DNA of 63,014 nucleotides, filler included, from Gonapodya sp. JEL0774 (Eukaryota), in NCBI GenBank assembly GCA_027604505.1. It is 42 parts of 42 records of this genome, joined end to end, with 100 filler letters (N's around TTAATTAATTAA, not from the genome) between each part and the next. Parts side by side here need not be neighbours in the genome. Positions count along the whole stretch, not along the records: positions 28,683 to 30,086 come from JADIIX010003206.1; positions 30,187 to 31,590 come from JADIIX010003207.1; positions 31,691 to 33,093 come from JADIIX010003208.1; positions 33,194 to 34,596 come from JADIIX010003209.1; positions 34,697 to 36,097 come from JADIIX010003210.1; positions 36,198 to 37,597 come from JADIIX010003211.1; positions 37,698 to 39,097 come from JADIIX010003212.1; positions 39,198 to 40,597 come from JADIIX010003213.1; 34 more parts are not named here. One strand, 5' to 3'. The position numbers and the translations under genes are program-made. Shown in pieces: positions 28,583-40,697 of the stretch. Numbering within the stretch: the first letter of the stretch is position 1; each line of letters begins with the position of its first letter. The notes beneath the pieces were generated by a model. That model did no database searches, was not told where the DNA came from, and worked only from the letters and a program-made list of their open reading frames with translations.

Positions 28583-30186
28583 NNNNNNNNNNNNNNNNNN
28601 NNNNNNNNNNNNNNNNNNNNNNNNNNTTAATTAATTAANNNNNNNNNNNNNNNNNNNNNNNNNNNNNNNNNNNNNNNNNNNNTACGTAAAGTCCATAACG
28701 TATCTACGTACATATAATACACAGAAAGTCCATCCAGAAAACATCAACGACCCTGACATATGGGGGGATTCCGAAAGAAATCAAATGTCATACACTCCAG
28801 AAAATCCATGAACAATTGGGAAAAAATGCACCTAGTTCTTGGTAGGGGACTTGAGAATGAGGATCAACAGCTTAGACGCTTTGCATGGCGGAGGGAATGG
28901 GAACTTCAGGGCGAAGGGTCATGACCCAGGAGGTGAAGTAATGAGGGTTGAAGATACCGGGAACGTTAGTGCAGGGCACCCAAATGCATGCTGACATTGG
29001 CGTCCAGACCAAAGCGTAGCCCAGAGGGGGAAGAGGCGGCTGAGGAGGTGGTGGGATGGGCTGTGGCTGTTTGAAGTCACCATGGATAGCAATATAGTTG
29101 GAGCTAAAAGTAATAATCGAAACGTCATCGCTGTCAGGAATGGACTTGAGGTCTGGAATTATGTTGTACTTGTTGTCTGATGCAGGATGGAGGACAATCA
29201 GAGGTGGCATGAATGCAGCAGGGTTGACACCTGTGTGATTGTTGGCAGGACTGACAGGCCCATCATGAACCAATGAGACAGAAGACAAGAAAGAGATGTC
29301 AAGAGCGGCACCAGAAGGGATGCCTGGGATGTCAGTGATATTGTCCAGCAGTGCGGCGTGTGGCTTGCAGGTTGTGGGAGATGTTCTGTTGTGCAATGAG
29401 ATCCACGAATTTAATACTCTCAATCAATATATTGGTCCCGAGTGCATTGGTGTTACTGAGTCCAGGAGCTGAACTGATGGCTGGTTAACAAGGGTTGCTA
29501 CTAAGTTTCTTCCCCAGTGATTTTGTCTTCTTCTGGAGGTTCTCAGTCTTGCGGCGTGAAGCAACCAGCTGTTTGGCCAGGTATTGGACTTGCACTGTGG
29601 TTGCATTTTCTGCGTCTGGATAGATCTCATTGACTTCTCTTTGGGGTTGCTTTCCAGATGCACGGAAAAGAGAGGTTGTTTTGCAGGCATTGGTTTTGCT
29701 CAGTTGCAAGGGTTGAGGCTACAAGAAAAGATGATAGGCCGTGTCACAGAGGTGAGACGAGTATATTTGACCATTGAACATTGCAAAAAGTAGACAGCGG
29801 CTCTGCCTTACCTTTTTTTCGGACAGGGTGTAACTGGCACAGACTGACAAGACCCTGAGTGGGTGCTCTCTTTGCGGGGGAAAGGGGTAACAATGGGAAC
29901 AGTCCAGTCTAAGGGCATTTTCCAAAATCTCTCAAATTCAGGATTCCATGGATCCCTCTTATACCAAATAATCTTATTATCCAATGTCCTTTCCTTGAGT
30001 CCTCGCTCATCCATTGCCCGAAGCTGGTTTCCAAAAGTCTTGCACAAGATATCCTCTGCTATGTTTGGCTGAAACACCCCATTCTCNNNNNNNNNNNNNN
30101 NNNNNNNNNNNNNNNNNNNNNNNNNNNNNNTTAATTAATTAANNNNNNNNNNNNNNNNNNNNNNNNNNNNNNNNNNNNNNNNNNNN

Positions 30187-31590
30187 TGAAAGGGTAAAAA
30201 GTATGGCCACGCAATTAAGAATCCCATTGCAAGCAACCGTAGGAAGCTCGGTGATCTGAAGAGCTTCCAGTCGAGGAAGGGCCCACGAGGTCGAATTGGT
30301 GCTCCCGGTGGCAAACGAAGGAAGAGCGCGGAGGAGCCGACGACTGACATAAAAGACGACTGAGTGAGTCTCGCTAAAAGAAAGAAGTACGGCCGCAAGC
30401 CTGGCAGTTCTGGACTTACCCACGAACGTCACGAATCCGGTCACTCGAAGGGCCCACTGCCATCCGAGATGGTCCAAGAGAGCTTGACCCATGGGTCCGA
30501 GAGCCATTCCACCAAAGCCGCCTCCAGCTGCAGCGATCTGGCAAAATCAGAGATGACAAGTTAAGTGGTATCTGCATTCAAGGGGCCGGAATAATGTTGT
30601 GTAAAATTGAAGACGTACCCCAACTGCAGTTCCTCGCCGCCGTAAGAACCAGGAAGGAGTGATTGCGGCAGCGGGGACCCAAGAAAATCCGGCCTGATGT
30701 AGGAAATTTAACAATAATGGTGAGAGGGCGGGATTAAGTAATTCAGGGATCAGGTTTGCAACACGAACGCCAAGTCCAGTGATGAAACCAAACGAAAGAT
30801 AGAGATGCCTGTATAATGGAATAAATTAATGGAGCTTTTGCAAGACCTTAGACCGCTTACTGTATTATCGAGTATTCACTCACCACAGTTGTGTCGCGAA
30901 ACTGGCCAACACCATCCCCACGGTCATCATGAGCGTTCCCAAGAGCACCGTGTTCCTGCTTCCTATCTTGTCGCTGACGCGGCCACCAAGCGACCCGAAA
31001 AGCATTTGGCAGCCAGCCTCGACGGAGCCGATGAAAGCGAGCTGAGGTTATTGGAGAATATGGGGCAAATGTATATTCAAAGTGCCGAGCCCACAATCCA
31101 CGAGCGATTAACATACTTGAAAATTGGAAGCTCCAGGGAAATACCCAGCGAAATAAAACTGGCGTTGGTAGATACCCCATGCGGAAGGTAAGCTGTTTGG
31201 AGATTTGTTCAAAGGCTCACTCCTCCAGCAGACTACACAAATACACCGTACCCGACACATATGAAGGTTATCATGAACACGGCATAGACTGCGAGGCAGT
31301 GCCGGCGAGAATATTTCGTGAGATGGAACATTCAGAGTTGAGATTGTGCCACCTCACCGATAACCCATCCATATCTGGCAAGTAGCGGTAGACAGTTAGT
31401 CACATGAGCGCAATTAGTTTGATACCCTTTAGAGCAAAATCACTTTATTCAACTCACCCTCCGTCCGGAATCTCAAACGCATCGGTGGCTGCAACCGAGG
31501 TCGTTGTGTGACCCTTTTCGAACAAGAGCTTTTTGGTATCTTCCAAAGCCTTTTCACCCTGTCGATCATCCGTCAGCGAGTCGACAGTAA
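30187..31590 (-). CDS. MFS transporter, monocarboxylate (MCT/Mch) family, partial, multi-exon
   Basis: IPDG|GYGWV, GGRVSDKIGSRNTVLLG, ASFATQLW, AAAGGGFGGMALGPMGQALLDHLGWQWALR. Confidence 0.85.
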
Positions 31591-31785
31591 NNNNNNNNNN
31601 NNNNNNNNNNNNNNNNNNNNNNNNNNNNNNNNNNTTAATTAATTAANNNNNNNNNNNNNNNNNNNNNNNNNNNNNNNNNNNNNNNNNNNNCAAACGATCG
31701 TGGTGGAGAGGACGTTGAGCGCGGGATTTTCACTGGGGAAACGCAAAGCGGATGTCTTCTGCGGGAGAACACTCTTGATCAGGGT

Positions 31786-32925
31786 TTGACCCTGGCTGGC
31801 TGGGACGAAGCGCGACGGCCCCCAGTGGAAGACAAAATCCTCATAGCCATGGATGACAAGACCACAAAGCAGAGGGTTGTGCTCTCTGAACCGTCGCTGG
31901 CAGCGGTACCGAGGCAATCGGCGCGCCCACATTCTCCCCCTGGACTTTTGCTTGAGATGTCTCCACGCGCCTTGGCACCACCGCCTTTCTCCTCCAGTCA
32001 ACCTGATGTACATCGTCTGTCGCTCCGACGTAAGTCGGTGCCGCTCGATGCACCGAATCCTATTTCTTCAAGGTCTTCATCGCCCGGCAGCATGAAAGTG
32101 ACTGGACCCCGACAAGCACAACCAACAGCTCTCCCTCACCAAGTTTTACTTGAGGACTTTATTCCCAATCCTCTCCACCCGCCTCCTCGTAACTCGCAAA
32201 CGCATCCGTTGAATATGTCATGGATGTTCCCCGAGGATATTATCGCAAGAGCAGCTTCACGTTGTGGGCAGGACTCGCTACCTTCTGGTACAGATCTACT
32301 CGACCTTCTTCTCAAGGCGATGGGCGCAAAGGGTGATGAAAGTAAAACTTGGCAAACACTCACAGTCAGGCGCACAGAAGATTTCGGAGGTGACGTTCCT
32401 GGTGGACACGAGGTGTGGTCGGACGAGTCTGCCAGCAGGCGTGCCTCAGGAACACACGTCTCCTACTTTCCCTGCAATGGCAAATCGGTATCAGATTATT
32501 GCTGCGTTCGGGTGTCAGCATCCGCGGTGACCGACGGGGACCCTGTGTCTGTGCACTCAGAAGGGAGTGCCCCGTCTGTGCTCACCAACGGACATAGTGC
32601 CACAGAGAATACCTCAAATGCCGAAACGGGAGTCAATCCAATTATCACGGACTCCAATACCGCATCGCGCCCTTCTTCTCCTTCGATGCCCATCCCAAAC
32701 ATCACTAAGGGGAGGTCTTCGTCTCGGTCCCCAGAAGCCACGCATCCCAGCTCGACCTCTAAACCCCAATTGCTACTCCCTCGTGGCAATCTCTGCCTCT
32801 CCTCCTGTCCTGGTAAAAAGGTCCGTGTCGCGTCCGGTCCAGTGCGTGGTCGTGCGGCTGTGTGCCGTGATTTGGGAGAGGATTTCGCAAGGTTGAAAGA
32901 AAATGGTGTGAAATTAGTGGTATGG
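31786..32925 (+). CDS. CDKN3-like dual-specificity/tyrosine phosphatase family protein, 5' part
   Basis: SQTHPLNMSW and GNLCLSSCPGKKVR..GPVRGRAAVCRDL..DF.RL fit fungal CDKN3-like phosphatases. The catalytic motif lies beyond the contig. Confidence 0.75.
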
Positions 32926-33193
32926 TAAGTGTAATACTTGAACCGAAGCAGAATGCTGTTGTGGGAATCTCTTGTGGTGTTGGCGGCGGAATCGGTGACT
33001 CAGTCTGACCTCCGCACCTGTTTCCGTCAATCCTACATCACCTTTCACGATCTCTTATGCTGGGCCCAACGGTTTTACCTTTGATCAGTCTTCNNNNNNN
33101 NNNNNNNNNNNNNNNNNNNNNNNNNNNNNNNNNNNNNTTAATTAATTAANNNNNNNNNNNNNNNNNNNNNNNNNNNNNNNNNNNNNNNNNNNN

Positions 33194-34303
33194 TTTTGTG
33201 GGTCCTGCTCGTAAAGAAGACCCAACCACTCCGCCAGATCGAGCGCACTCTTGCCGTACCCCACGACCAGAACGGTACCGGCAGGAGGTGAGTCAGATGC
33301 CAGAGAAGGTTCAAGACTCTTCGAGGTGTTGACACCGCCCTCTAGAATAGAACGGATGGCTTCCGGACTGGCTGCATCACTGCTATGACCCACCCATCCA
33401 CGGAAATTTTCTAGTCCGGTGATATAAGAAGCATCACTTGGTGTTTTGCTCGGAGTGCGCGGAACGGAAAAGAGTCCGCTGCAGACAACGACAATGTCCG
33501 CCGTTATGCTTGAGGGGGTGGAGTGCGGGGATCGGGAGGGGGTGATGCGGATCTCCCAGCGGTTCGGGGCGTTTCCATTTTCATCACGGACCAGGTCATT
33601 GGGTTGGGAGAGTGGAGGTAGCGGAGTGATGGATGTCACAAGAGTGTTGAGTTGGACTCTGTAGGTGACGAGAGTGTAGATGACAGAAGCAAGGCCCCGG
33701 TTTTGATAACCAAAAGCTCTGCCAGGTTGGACCCACAAAAGCAAGTACTCACAATTGATCAACACCGTGCTCCTTCGCGTATCGCTCGACGTTACGTCGA
33801 ATCTCTTCCGCGTAAATCCACACTCGTGTCCTTTCGGTAGTCGGGTCGCAAAGAGTGTCGTCAGGGAGAGAATAGTTTCCACGCGGTGAGTTCGAGGAGA
33901 GGCGAGGATATGTGCGCCCATGGGCCCAGACGCCGCCTATGTGGGAGTGGGATTCTAGACCCGGGAATCGAGAGAAGACACTTGGTTGCAGTGCAACAAG
34001 AACAATCGAGTTCCCAAATGGGTTTAGCTCACCAATAATTTGAATGTTTCTGAACCCTTCTTGCTGGAATTTGGTGGCTGTCCTGTGACGGCAAGCGTGC
34101 CAGAGAGAGCAGTGAGCGTTTCAACCATGTCACATCGGTACTCTCCATTGTGACAAGTTCTCAACCGAGACAGACTACATTCTGCGACCCGTGAGCACCT
34201 GCAGAACAAAAACTCACACGAGCCCAGCGAGTCCCGCGCCCACGATGAGAACCGCTTTATTGGTATCCACCGGGGGCAGCGGATTCTGAGGTTCTGAAGC
34301 CAT
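33194..34303 (-). CDS. Flavin-containing monooxygenase, 5' part, multi-exon
   Basis: FAD motif VLIVGAGLAGL, IGGVW, VVVCSGLFSVP, FRGWVGHSSD (FxGxxxHS), NADPH motif VLVVGYGKSALDLA. Confidence 0.9.
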
Positions 34304-34696
34304 CAACCATACACTGAAATCTCGAGATGAAAGCAATATCAATCCGATGCCTTGCGATAGAAATAGGCCGTCCAGTAGCTGACGCGATGAGCACGTCGGA
34401 TGAGTTGTTGCGGATCGGCTACAGGAGAGTGGGTGGCCGAGAGGCAGTGCAACCTCGCATAACCCAAATAACAACATGGGGCCAAACCCTCCCTGAAAGG
34501 GCCTGGCCTTCCAATACGAACGTCAAGATGTTCACGGGGCGGTGAAATGTAAGAGATTTATCTCCAACCATTGAGTCACGTTCATGCCCGTGAGCTNNNN
34601 NNNNNNNNNNNNNNNNNNNNNNNNNNNNNNNNNNNNNNNNTTAATTAATTAANNNNNNNNNNNNNNNNNNNNNNNNNNNNNNNNNNNNNNNNNNNN

Positions 34697-34949
34697 TGCG
34701 CCAATAAATAGTAACAATCGTTCCCGTTTGGTAGCAAAACGAAACCTATTGATTGCCGAGATATCGCGGTAAACCCCAACAATTGCAACGTTGGCGGTCA
34801 ATGACCCACAATGTCAAGACGGATACACTGTTCGTAGACTTTTTGCTGCTCTTTGGGTTCTTGGGCGCCTCTCCCATCTTTTCTGAAGTGGAAGAGTCCT
34901 TGATCTGATCATCGTCGACCAGAATTGCCTTTTCCGAGACGTCAGCCAT
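34697..34949 (-). CDS. ABCB/MDR (P-glycoprotein-like) transporter, first two exons
   Basis: MADVSEK...SVSVLTL|FRFATKRERLLLFIGA fits the 'V....LFRFAt..e.ll..iG' start of ABCB1-like proteins. Confidence 0.7.
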
Positions 34950-35620
34950 TCCGGACCGGAGAAGGTTCAAGACCGCCTTTGTTCGGATGAAGAGTAAAAT
35001 GAAACAGCCTGGTGAGAGCTTGTCGTTTCTGTAGTCGAAAACCAGATATATGGACGTGTATGTATACACCAAGAACGCAAGTCCTTCTGGGGAAGACCCT
35101 TGAATTATGATAAGTCCGTTTCGTCCGAGTTATGTTTTCCCGATGACGAGTGAAGTTATCGCGTGCATGAATCAGACGGAATCAATCGGAAAGTCGCTGG
35201 AAGCTGCTTTGGATTGGTGATAGGCATTGTCAGCATAGATTGGTAGGCATCGCCAGCATGCGATTGGTTGGGTTTCGATGGCACAGCTGAGCCAGTGAAT
35301 CGGTAATGATTGTACGTTGGAAGCCAATACAGAGTACATTTGCGGATGATGTCGTGGGTGGAAGGTGGTGAGATATATACAAATGTGGTTTGATTGTGTG
35401 GGTCGAGGGTCAGTTTCAATTACTTTACCCGACGGGATGGTTTATTCTGATTTTCACAATCATGATGTGTTCATCACATTTTGTCTCGATGTTCGGGTAT
35501 TCTCGTTCTCGACCGATTTCTTACATAAAGGCCCTCGTGATTGGAGGTATATAGCGGCCCACACATCACATCCCCATTCCTTCAGTCGCTCATTCAGATT
35601 CCCTCATTTTCACGAAGAAA

Positions 35621-36097
35621 ATGGCCAATCGATTGCTGAGAGACCTCTTCTCAATGCCGGAGCCGAAATCAGGCCTCCAAAAGTATCGCATCCTTTCCAA
35701 AAACTGTGGTACGTTGTCCCCAACGTTTCGTGCGATCGTGACTAGCGTCCATCTATTTACACCCTCTTGCCCATTGCGGTAGCTCTTCGCGTATCTCCAC
35801 TCTGCCTAGGTGGAATGGTGAGTCGGAGACTTGTTCGAAAACGATGGTGTCACCATCAATCGAATTCTTCTTCATTTGCTCGCCAGAACTTTGGGGAAAA
35901 CTGGGCAGAACACATGGGCCTCTGTGACAAGGAAACCACGTTCGCGATTCTCGACGAGTACTACAAGCTTGGTGGAAATTTCATCGACACCGGTAAGAAT
36001 GAACTGCGTGAGGAGGAGATTCGAACTTATGTCCATTGATTTGAATTCGGTGTTCGTCAGCGGTGAACTACCAAGGAGGGCAAAGTGAAGAATGGAT
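35621..36097 (+). CDS. Aryl-alcohol dehydrogenase-type aldo/keto reductase, 5' exons
   Basis: Spliced peptide ...YRILSKNC|ALRVSPLCLGGM|NFGENW..MG.CDKETTFAILDEYYKLGGNFIDT|AVNYQGGQSEEWI. Confidence 0.9.
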
Positions 36098-36197
36098 NNN
36101 NNNNNNNNNNNNNNNNNNNNNNNNNNNNNNNNNNNNNNNNNTTAATTAATTAANNNNNNNNNNNNNNNNNNNNNNNNNNNNNNNNNNNNNNNNNNNN

Positions 36198-37513
36198 GGT
36201 ACAAGTACGACTGGTGCAGCCCATGGACTACTGGATGGTTGGATTATCTTTTGGTCAAGCATGTCTTTTACTTCTTTAGCCATTGCGGGGCGCTCGCGAA
36301 AGGCTGTGCGACGTGGGGGAACTGCAATAGGTAGGTGGTCACCTGTATCAATGCGATGGCGGATTGTGGGCACAAATCCTGGTGTCTCTTTGTCAGAGAA
36401 TACATCAGAATATTGCTCGTGCAACACCCTGGAGAGATAGTTTTGCTCCTGCATTGACAGGTCGGCTGTCTTTGCAAGGTCAAGCCCTTCAATTGGGGTC
36501 TTTGGGACATACGGCGTGTTGATGCTCTCCTGGTTTATTTCCTTGCGAATCTCCTGCAGAGATTTCCGAGGGGGTTTGATAGGAGATGGGGTGTTGTCTT
36601 CTGTACGTTCTGCCAGAGTCATCAAATTGAACTGGGATGACATGTGGGGTTCTGCAGTCGCAACTGGTGTTCCTTTCAGCAATTTGAGTGGGTTTGCTGT
36701 GAGATTGGACAGGAGGACTTTTGTGCGGCCACGTGTGACCTTTACTACGCCTTGGGCACAGAGCACTCCAAGTTTGACAGACGTAGCAGGGTGGGGTTTT
36801 ACGAAGAAGTCGCCGTGCGATTGGCGTTTCGGCACCAGATATTGTACATCACACAGAATTGCTGTGTATGATGGTATTGTGGTTGGTTCTGATAAAACAA
36901 GGTCTGTCCAGGGACGTTGAACAGTGCCTGTCTGAATGCGGATACGGGTGCGATCTCCAAGTTGGTTGTTGGAATCTTTGCACGCTATCCATCCTTCGTC
37001 GTAGTCAACTACGGCTCGCCATATGCGGAGGAAGTCCACTCCCAGGAGGACAGAATGGGGAAGGTTTTCGATCACAGCCACACGTAGGGCCTTGGTTACC
37101 CCTGCAACTGTGACAGGTAGGAGAACACGACCGAGTGGTGCTAACAATTGGCCATTGCCAACTGTTATGGGGTTCATGTTCCAAGGATCTAGTTGCATAG
37201 ATCCGAAGTGCTGGCGGTAAAACGATGCACTGATGGCAGAAAGTGCAGCTCCGGAATCTTGTATGATTGGAACATTATGTAAGTGGCCAATGCTTCCACG
37301 CATTGTTGCAGCAATCCAGACTGCAGCGTAGTCCGGTGCTTCTCTATCGTTATGTAAGTCACGCAGCTTCTGCATGATCTCTCGATGAGATTGCGAGTAA
37401 TCAATAACATCTCTTTTCGGTGGAGCGACGGGGAATGCTCCACGAGGGGCAGCATTTGCTGATAGCAAGGTGGACTCTTGCATGTTGGTGTCTAGGGACA
37501 CACGGGAAAACAC
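36198..37513 (-). mobile_element. Ty3/Gypsy LTR retrotransposon pol fragment: aspartic protease through the start of RT
   Basis: Protease motifs IIQDSGA and LLGVDFL; RT start HRIDTGDHLPI..PPRR....IIQPSSSPWAAPVVLV. Intronless open frame. Confidence 0.92.
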
Positions 37514-38133
37514 ATAGGTAAGCTAGCTGTAAGGAAGGGGACACACTGAGAGAGGGACCATTGCAGCCATGGGCCAGAAAAGGGGTAGCTAAGCCCTNNN
37601 NNNNNNNNNNNNNNNNNNNNNNNNNNNNNNNNNNNNNNNNNTTAATTAATTAANNNNNNNNNNNNNNNNNNNNNNNNNNNNNNNNNNNNNNNNNNNNGCT
37701 CTGTGGTCGGTAAAATATTTCGATTGTATATTCTTCACATTGCTTCTGGTTATGTAATGAGCGTGAATGCATATTTAGTTGTGGAATGTGATGGGTATTG
37801 TGATGGTCACTGTGATGGTTGGTGACCACAGCCGGCCAGGAACGCCGTCCCACCCGCAACCACTTTCCCCCCTCCTCCTCCTCCCATTTTTCCGGATAAC
37901 AAAAACCTGTAAATAGCTTCGCAATACAGTAATCGCTTCGCTCATTCCAGAAAATTTCCGATCCGGCCTACTCCCTTGAACCTGTTCGATCATCTTCAAA
38001 AAGCACTTCCGGTACAATCCACTCCCAATACACTTTGACCGTTAAGCAATCGAAATCAAAGTCGTCATTGTGGTTGTGAGTAGACGCTTGTGGGTGTCCT
38101 CATGTTGCGTCTCGGAACTCCTAGGTTGCTTGA

Positions 38134-39097
38134 TTGTCAAGTGTGAAGTGCTCACCACACTTATACCGCATCTCCGCGCCAGATCCCACGAACAAAAATC
38201 TCTCCCTCGCAATGCCAGTCTCTTCATCTATAGCGAAATTTGTGGATCTTCCAATCTCTTTACATCAAGCCACAGCGAAGGAAGTCCAATCGTTCCTGAA
38301 AGAAGAGATGACACACATCGGTGTGTCGTCTGGAACTTCCTCCAATGTTGGGCTAGCTCGAGAACTCCACGATGCTGCTCATGCATACCACAAGAATTAC
38401 AAAGCAGATTTTATTGTTTCCGTTGATCCTGGCCTGTCCCGCCTTAACATTGCCATTCTTGTGCGTTGGAAACGTGCAAACGGTGCTCACAAAGTTTTCT
38501 GGACAGGCGTTCTTGTCTTTGAGTTTGCTGACTTACCTGCTACCTACAATGAATTGGAATATGCGAAAGCAATTGATGGGGGTCTCACTTCTCTTTTGGA
38601 GGAGTTGGATCGCAACTTTGGGGTTCAACTGAGCAACTCCGTCTTTGTTTTTGAGAAGCAAGCGGCGTCATACGGAGCTACTAAGATTCATCGCAAGGAT
38701 GGACATAAGTACGTCGCATTCAACGCGGGCTTAATGTGCTCGCTCATCACTCGAGGAGCTGTTGTGGATTGTGTCCGCCCACAAGCTGTGGCGTCCTATC
38801 ATGAGCTCCAAGTCATCGTTGGACAGGATTTAAATTCGTTGAGTAACGCAGATCTCTACGTCACATGAAAGTCGCGCTCATTCTCACTGTTTTATCTTAC
38901 TGTTGACTGTTCTGTTTTCCTTCATGCCGATTCTCTTGTGCACATCGATCAACATCAGTACATCATCCTCAGGCGCGGACCAACAAAATGGCAACAATCA
39001 CGGTTCAGTCAGTACCAACTCATCACAGCAAGATCTTGCGCAAAAGCAGTACAGAGCCAAAAAACGGGCCTCCGTTCGTCTTGTTCAAGAGATGCTC
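38134..39097 (+). CDS. RuvC-fold Holliday junction resolvase resembling the poxvirus A22/NCLDV type (Ydc2/Cce1 is the alternative)
   Basis: IVSVDPGLSRLNIA (first acidic residue), VFVFEKQ, V..VRPQ, and downstream YRAKKRASVRLV. The two parts join in frame if 38843-38972 (GTAACG...CTCAG) is an intron. Confidence 0.62.
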
Positions 39098-39197
39098 NNN
39101 NNNNNNNNNNNNNNNNNNNNNNNNNNNNNNNNNNNNNNNNNTTAATTAATTAANNNNNNNNNNNNNNNNNNNNNNNNNNNNNNNNNNNNNNNNNNNN

Positions 39198-40597
39198 AAC
39201 CGTGCGTTTCTGTACGCGCTCAGCGGGCTTCACGAGCGAGTAGCAAATCTGATTGTGAAACTGGTACCGACTGGAGTGGCATACATGGATCGGTCGTGGT
39301 GGTGTTTTGGGGATCATCAGTGGTACGAAGCAAGTGCCATCGAGGCGGACAAGAAAACAATTGGTGCGACGGTGGTGTACGACCTTTTCAGCTCAGCGTA
39401 TGAGTACTACCAGTCGAAAGCTAAGTCTCGCCCTGACGACAAAACTGTTGCGCAACAGGCCCGATGGGTTCGCGAGACTCTGATGCAGTTGGACAAGGCG
39501 CCCTTCCGTAAGAACATCATGATTCGATTGGAGGCGCACTACCGAGTTGTAGGTCGGGAGCTTGCGAAATTGAGAGATGAGCGCGACGAACTTCTCTCCT
39601 TTGACAATGGTGTTCTGGACCTGGACAAAATGGCCAACGGGGATGCTCCGTTCTTCCGTGCAGGGCGTGCGGACGACTATGTGACACTTAGCACGGGGTA
39701 TAACTTCGACGCCACGCTTGTCAATTCGCCGGAAGGCCGAAGCATAGTGATGGCCGTCATCGAAAAGATTTTGCCTGAGCCGGCCACGCGCGGGTACTTG
39801 CTGACGTACATGTCGACTATGCTGAGTGGGTCTGCGAGCGAGCAAAAGCTTGTGTTTTTCACAGGTGACGGCGCGAACGGGAAGTCACTCATCGCGAACG
39901 CCTTAAAGAGCGTTTTGGGCAGTTATGCACAGACGATCAAGAGTTCGATCCTACTTGAAAATCGTGGAGGGCCACGTGATGGAGAAGCGGCGACACCCAC
40001 TTTGGCAGGTCTGCGGAGTGCACGCTGTGTGATTGTCAGCGAAATCGGAGCTGGCTCGCGGCTGGACGAAGAGATGTGCAAATCTCTCACGGGTGATGAA
40101 GACATATCAGCGCGGCAGCTGCATTCTCGGAAGGTGGAATTCCGATTCAAAGGAAAGCTCCTGTTGCTGGTGAACGACTTGCCGAAGATGAAAGCTGCCG
40201 GTGATTCTGCGTTTGCGATGCGGCGTCGATTGCGTGTTGTCAGAGGCGAGAGCACATTTGTAGACAACGGCGCAGCAGATCCGGCCAATCATGTCTATGT
40301 CGCCGACAAGTCATTGAACGCAAAGGTCAAGCACGCGTGGTTCAAGCTAGCTTTTTTAGGGATTCTCTGTGAGCACTACAAAGCGTACAGGGCACGTGGT
40401 TCCATCATGGAACCTCTGGCTGTGCGGGACGCAACCGGCGACTACTTGAGCGAAAGCAATCCAGTGAAGAACTTCATTGACGATGCGACGAGACCAGTTA
40501 CCACAGGCGGGACGAAGACCGGCAAATTGTTTGAGGCGTTCAAAAGCTGGGCCAACGTAAACGCACCAGAACATGCCGCGGTTGTGCGCGGGTGGTC
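39198..40597 (+). CDS. D5-like primase-helicase (D5_N plus SF3 helicase) of large-DNA-virus/phage P4/Polinton type, internal fragment
   Basis: The whole 1400-bp contig is one intronless frame: LLSFDNGVLDL..FR.GR.DDYVTLSTGY (D5_N), Walker A FFTGDGANGKS, Walker B VIVSE, KSLTGDEDISARQL, motif C LLVNDLP, Arg finger AMRRRL. Confidence 0.92.
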
Positions 40598-40697
40598 NNN
40601 NNNNNNNNNNNNNNNNNNNNNNNNNNNNNNNNNNNNNNNNNTTAATTAATTAANNNNNNNNNNNNNNNNNNNNNNNNNNNNNNNNNNNNNNNNNNNN

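Noticed and set aside
28683..30086. Minus-strand ORFs (28872-29423, 29808-30077) as a named gene or transposon
   Set aside because: May be a decayed repeat-associated gene with moderately low CpG, but no family motif could be identified.
37698..40597. Resolvase and D5 helicase as a contiguous viral replication module
   Set aside because: They lie on different 1400-bp contigs that are adjacent only because of length sorting. Linkage is possible but not shown.
36198..40597. Gypsy pol, resolvase and helicase as one composite mobile element
   Set aside because: Three separate contigs joined by artificial spacers.
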